12,008 bases of DNA, from contig JBKGZT010000041.1 of the NCBI GenBank assembly GCA_046543235.1, positions 1 through 12,008 on the forward strand, read 5' to 3'. The position numbers and the translations under genes were made by a program. Each line of letters begins with the position of its first letter. Position 1 is the stretch's first letter. Origin of the DNA: Candidatus Acetothermia bacterium. Its GTDB lineage: Bacteria; Bipolaricaulota; Bipolaricaulia; M55B111. Below the pieces are notes generated by a model, which ran no database searches, was not told the origin of the DNA, and saw only the letters and a program-made list of their open reading frames with translations. Below are positions 8,049 to 12,008 of this stretch, one piece after another.

Positions 8049-9038
8049 ATCGCAAGGACGATACTGGAACTCAAAGATTTAACGGCTTACTATCGCATCC
8101 TGAAAGGGGACGTAAAGGCCCTCGACGGCCTGTCGGTGAAGGTTGAGCGGGGCGATATCCTTGGCGTGGCGGGAGAGTCGGGCTGTGGAAAAAGCACGCT
8201 CGCTTACACGCTGATCAACAGGAAGCCGCCGCTGCAGTACATATCCGGGGAAGCTTACCTCAACGGCGAAGAACTTATGGAACTCCCCCGGGGAAAGCTA
8301 CGAGAGAAGAAGATGAAGGAGATCTCGATCATTCCCCAGTACGCGCTTGACGCCTTCAGCCCGACGAAAAAGATTAAAACTCACGTAAAGGACCTCGCCC
8401 GCGAGCACGACGTGAAGCCGGACGGTAGATTTATGGACAAGGTGAAGGACAGGCTGGGCGTGGTCAAACTCAAACCTTCGGTCCTGGACCGGTACGCGAT
8501 GGAACTCTCCGGCGGGATGAAGCAGAGGGTGATTATGACCATTTCAACTATCATGGATCCGGACTTCCTGATAGCGGACGAGATAACCTCGGCCCTGGAC
8601 GTGACCTCCCAGAGGTTCGTCGCAAATATGCTGGCGAACCTGCGGGACGAAGGGATCATCGGCTCCGCGATCTTCATTACACACGACCTGGCAATCATGT
8701 ACCAGATAGCGGACAGGATAATGGTTATGTACTCCGGGAGAAGTTCCGAAGTAGGGGAGGCCTCGACGATCATGAATCGGCCGTCCCACCCCTATTCGGA
8801 AGCGCTGATTTCCTCTCTTCCCCGGGTGGGAATCCATTACAGGGACGAACGCCTGACGGGGATCAGCGGTAACCCGCCCGACCTGGTCGAGGTAGGTCCC
8901 GGTTGTCGTTTCCGCTTCCGCTGTAATTACAGTACGGAAAAGTGCGAGGAGACCCCGGTGAGGGACGAGCTGGGAGATCGCCACTACGTCCGGTGCTGGC
9001 ATCACGAACAGGTGGGGAGTGATGACTATGCGGCCTGA
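8049..9038 (+). CDS. ABC transporter ATP-binding protein, OppD/DppD-like, with Cys-rich C-terminal domain; start probably ATC 8049 rather than GTG 8136
   Basis: Walker A GESGCGKS, LSGGM, LIADE, ITHD, HPYS, GCRFRFRC..C..C. The frame is open from 8025, and 8049-8135 encodes the expected N-terminal strands IARTILELKDLTAYYRILKGDVKALDGLS. Confidence 0.93.
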   Translation: MARTILELKDLTAYYRILKGDVKALDGLSVKVERGDILGVAGESGCGKSTLAYTLINRKPPLQYISGEAYLNGEELMELPRGKLREKKMKEISIIPQYALDAFSPTKKIKTHVKDLAREHDVKPDGRFMDKVKDRLGVVKLKPSVLDRYAMELSGGMKQRVIMTISTIMDPDFLIADEITSALDVTSQRFVANMLANLRDEGIIGSAIFITHDLAIMYQIADRIMVMYSGRSSEVGEASTIMNRPSHPYSEALISSLPRVGIHYRDERLTGISGNPPDLVEVGPGCRFRFRCNYSTEKCEETPVRDELGDRHYVRCWHHEQVGSDDYAA

Positions 9039-9957
9039 TTCGGACGGCTCGGGAGCCATCCTGCGTACGGAAAACCTGTCCAAGTACTTTACCAGCGGGA
9101 TTATCAAGCGGGAGAGGATCGTCGGCGCGGAAGACGTTTCCTTCGAAATGAACTCCGGAAGAATTGTCTCCCTGATCGGCGAGAGCGGGAGCGGTAAAAC
9201 CACCATCGGGAAGATGATTTTGCAACTCTATACGCCCTCGGAAGGAAAGATTTATTTCAAGGGCAACGACGTTACCAAGCTGACCGGCAAAGAGGAGAAG
9301 AAAAACTACTACCGCCAGGTTCAGGGGGTTTTTCAGGATCCGTTTTCCTCGCTCAACTCACTCTTCCGGGTGGAAAGAGTATTCGACATGATCTTCCGAA
9401 TCTTCCTGCCCGACGCCGACGACAAGGAGGAACAGGTACTGGAGGCGATAGACGAGGTAAACCTGACTCCCGAACTGCTGGAGAAATATCCTCACCAGCT
9501 GAGCGGGGGACAGTTACAGCGGCTGTTGATAGCGAGGGCCCTATTGCTCGAAGTGGACGTGCTGGTGGCGGACGAGCTTATCAGCATGCTGGATGCATCC
9601 ACCCGGATGGGAGTGTTGAACTTGTTAATCGACCTCTGCCGGGACCGCGGACTGTCGATCCTGTTCATCACGCACGACCTGAACCTCGGTTATTACCTCA
9701 GCGACACCACTTTGATCCTCTACGAGGGCCGATTGGTGGAGCGAGGTAGCACCAAAAAAATCTACGAGAACCCGGTCCATCCCTATACAGAAATGCTGTT
9801 CGAATCGGTGCCCGATACGGAGGAGAGGTGGGACCGCTCGAAGGAGTTTAGACCCGAGAAGATAGACGAGCTCGTCCAGAGTTTCTACGAGGAAAACGAA
9901 GGCAAGGGCTTCGAAAAGGTGGAGGAAGACCACTACGTACTGTTTAGCGACGAATAA
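9028..9957 (+). CDS. ABC transporter ATP-binding protein, OppF/DppF-like
   Basis: GESGSGKT, FQDP, LSGGQLQR, VADE, ITHD, HPYT. ATG 9028 is best spaced from SD GGGGAG 9014-9019; in-frame alternatives exist at 9019 and 9022. Confidence 0.93.
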   Translation: MRPDSDGSGAILRTENLSKYFTSGIIKRERIVGAEDVSFEMNSGRIVSLIGESGSGKTTIGKMILQLYTPSEGKIYFKGNDVTKLTGKEEKKNYYRQVQGVFQDPFSSLNSLFRVERVFDMIFRIFLPDADDKEEQVLEAIDEVNLTPELLEKYPHQLSGGQLQRLLIARALLLEVDVLVADELISMLDASTRMGVLNLLIDLCRDRGLSILFITHDLNLGYYLSDTTLILYEGRLVERGSTKKIYENPVHPYTEMLFESVPDTEERWDRSKEFRPEKIDELVQSFYEENEGKGFEKVEEDHYVLFSDE

Positions 9958-10092
9958 GGGTATTTGGGGCTTAGGCAATCCGGGGGATTTAATTCTGGCT
10001 TACGGAAGTGGATGAAGCATATGTCGCGGCGATCTTCTCGCGGGAATGCGGAACGTACGCCGTTAACGCTGAAAGTCACTAGGAGGTGAACG

Positions 10093-11469
10093 ATGCTTGA
10101 TTCGGATGATTTCTTGATGGGGGTATCCCTGTCCGGGTTTCAATTCGAGATGGGCGGCAAGGAACGTGACACGGGTACCGACTGGTACCGGTGGTGCACC
10201 GACGAGATCAACGCTTATAGTGGACTCGTGAGTGGGGATTCTCCCAGTAACGGGCCAAATTACTGGGAGAATTACGAAAAGTTTCACGACCTGGCCCAGG
10301 AGGCCGGGATGGACGCGATCAGGATCGGGATCGAGTGGTCGAGGGTGTTCCCGGAGGAGACCTTCGGCCTTGATTTCGACGACCTGGGAAGTGTGGCTGA
10401 CACCGAATCCATCGACCACTACGGGAAGATAATCCGTGACCTGAAGGATCGGGGAATTACGGTGATGGTCGACCTCAATCACTTTACCCTCCCGATGTGG
10501 GCCCACGACCCACTGGCTATCAATCGAAACAGGGAGACCGATCAACTCGGCTGGGCCGCCGACGGACTCCCGGAGGAGTTTGCAAAGTACGCACGCTTTA
10601 CCGTGAAGAAACTGGACGAGTACGTCGATTACTGGTCCACGATGAACGAACCGAACGTGGTAGCAGAGTTGGGATACCTCGCCCCGGAATCGGGATTCCC
10701 TCCATCGATCATCTCCCCCCAAATGTACGAAAAAGCCTTCCAACAACAAATCGAGGCCCACAATCTCTCCTACGAGGCGATGAAAAAAGAGACGGATAAG
10801 CCTGTCGGTCTGATCTACTCGACGGTCTGGTTCGACGGGGACGAGACAGCGGAGCACGCCTTCGCCTATAACAACTTTCGCTTCCTCGATCCCATCATGG
10901 ACAATTGTGACTTCCTTGGAGTTAACTATTACACCCGGGGCGTCGTGGAGCGGAGGGAAAAGCCGATCCGGGTCGGTTCGCAGGAGATAGATTGGAGGAG
11001 GCTACCGGGTTACGGTTACGGCTGCGAGCCCAACGGGGAATCAAGGGCCGGGAGGGCTGTCTCGAACAAAGGTTGGGAGTTTTACCCCGAGGGGTTGGCC
11101 AAGGTGCTGAGAAAACTGGACGATCGGTACGACAAGCCAATGTTCGTCACCGAAAACGGAATCGCAGACGCCCTTGACCGCCAAAGGCCGCTCTACCTGC
11201 TGGCCCACCTGGAGGCCCTGGAGAGTTTTCAGGACCGGATCGACCTCAACGGCTACTTCCACTGGTCACTGGTCGATAACTTCGAGTGGGCTGACGGGTT
11301 TTCTCAGAGGTTTGGACTGGTCCACGTGAATTTCGACGAGCAGGTTTACAGTCCCCGGCCAAGCTACTACGTCTACCGGGAGGTCATCGCGAGGAGGAAT
11401 CTGGAGCCCTTCCGAGATTTGCTCGAATCATTAGCGGAAGACCAAGGGTATCAGCTGCCGGCTGGTTAG
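10093..11469 (+). CDS. Glycoside hydrolase family 1 beta-glucosidase/beta-galactosidase (CelB/LacS-type)
   Basis: 458 aa. Motifs SGFQFEMG, SGLVSGD.P.NGP.YW, IEWSRVFP, NHFTLP.W, acid/base TMNEP, nucleophile VTENG, WSLVDNFEWADGF..RFGL. SD AGGAGGTGA at 10081-10089. Confidence 0.96.
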   Translation: MLDSDDFLMGVSLSGFQFEMGGKERDTGTDWYRWCTDEINAYSGLVSGDSPSNGPNYWENYEKFHDLAQEAGMDAIRIGIEWSRVFPEETFGLDFDDLGSVADTESIDHYGKIIRDLKDRGITVMVDLNHFTLPMWAHDPLAINRNRETDQLGWAADGLPEEFAKYARFTVKKLDEYVDYWSTMNEPNVVAELGYLAPESGFPPSIISPQMYEKAFQQQIEAHNLSYEAMKKETDKPVGLIYSTVWFDGDETAEHAFAYNNFRFLDPIMDNCDFLGVNYYTRGVVERREKPIRVGSQEIDWRRLPGYGYGCEPNGESRAGRAVSNKGWEFYPEGLAKVLRKLDDRYDKPMFVTENGIADALDRQRPLYLLAHLEALESFQDRIDLNGYFHWSLVDNFEWADGFSQRFGLVHVNFDEQVYSPRPSYYVYREVIARRNLEPFRDLLESLAEDQGYQLPAG

Positions 11470-11554
11470 ACTTTAAGTGCCGGTTTCCTCTCCTCGCTAG
11501 AAGGATCCTTAAGGCACAAGTTGCAGGCTCGGACTCGCCCTGGTTAGTTTTAAC

Positions 11555-12008
11555 CATAACGTCAACCTCGCAGGCACTCGGGAAGAGCTTTTCGCCCATC
11601 ATGCTCATCGCCGTGCAGGGAACTACGCCGTAGTACTCCTCTAGCGCCGACCAGCACTGGACGGCGGTGGCGTCGAGTTCGTTTTCCTCGACCCAGTTTT
11701 CGAGGACCCACTTCAGCTTTGCTATCTTGACTAGCGAATCATCGGGGATGGAATCCGTACTGGTGTAATTCTTTATCTCCCGCAGGCTCCTTTCGACTTC
11801 GCCGGACGATTCGTCCAGAGCCTCAGCTTGACCGAGTATCTCCGAGAGGTCTACCGTCTCCACGCTCACGCCGTGTCTTTCCAGTATCTTCTCGCTGTAG
11901 CGGACGGTATTGAAGTCCCCGGTTCGCGCTCCGATGGAGCCAAGTCGAGCTCCCCTTACTCCGCCGACAATCCTGCATACCCCGGCGAATTTTTCTATCT
12001 CCTCTTCG
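11555..12008 (-). pseudogene. L-fucose/L-arabinose isomerase family gene entering from the window edge, apparently 3'-truncated
   Basis: The frame is open from 12007: EEEIEKFAGVCRIVGGVRGARLGSIGARTGDFNTVRYSEKILERHGVSVETVDLSE...AVQCWSALEEYYGVVPC...PSACEVDVM. After this the peptide no longer resembles the family and runs 86 bp into the convergent GH1 gene (stop 11384-11386). Confidence 0.72.

Noticed and set aside
10012..10089. 25-aa ORF MKHMSRRSSRGNAERTPLTLKVTRR ending in the GH1 SD
   Set aside because: Weak SD, basic composition unlike neighbouring proteins, and a stop that is simply part of AGGAGGTGA.
3878..11262. Many antisense and alternate-frame ORFs (e.g. 5060-5590, 8544-9206, 10063-10857)
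   Set aside because: These are shadow ORFs expected from GC-rich codon bias in well-supported genes, with no protein-like motifs.
11477..11517. GTGCC...GGCAC stem and AAGGATCCTT palindrome as the GH1 terminator
   Set aside because: The stem is short and interrupted, with no U tract.

Overview
Bacterial carbohydrate-utilisation locus: a cytoplasmic GH3 beta-xylosidase/beta-glucosidase on the - strand (515-2809), divergent from an apparent operon of LacI-family repressor (3222-4229), a five-gene Opp/Dpp-type ABC importer probably for beta-linked oligosaccharides (4325-9957) and a GH1 beta-glycosidase of the Pyrococcus CelB/Sulfolobus LacS type (10093-11469). Both edges are damaged. On the left is a decayed IS21-family end with a frameshifted istA stub (59-275), missed by the ORF track. 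On the right, a convergent L-fucose/L-arabinose-isomerase-family gene appears cut off at about 11555. Finer points: the first ABC ATPase seems to start at a non-canonical ATC codon (8049); a sigma70-type promoter with two LacI-like operators precedes the repressor; and an orphan Shine-Dalgarno and strong hairpins flank the binding-protein gene. The very acidic proteins suggest a halophilic host (inference). I see no convincing evidence of a wholly new system. Family assignments come from motif recognition by eye, not from database searches.
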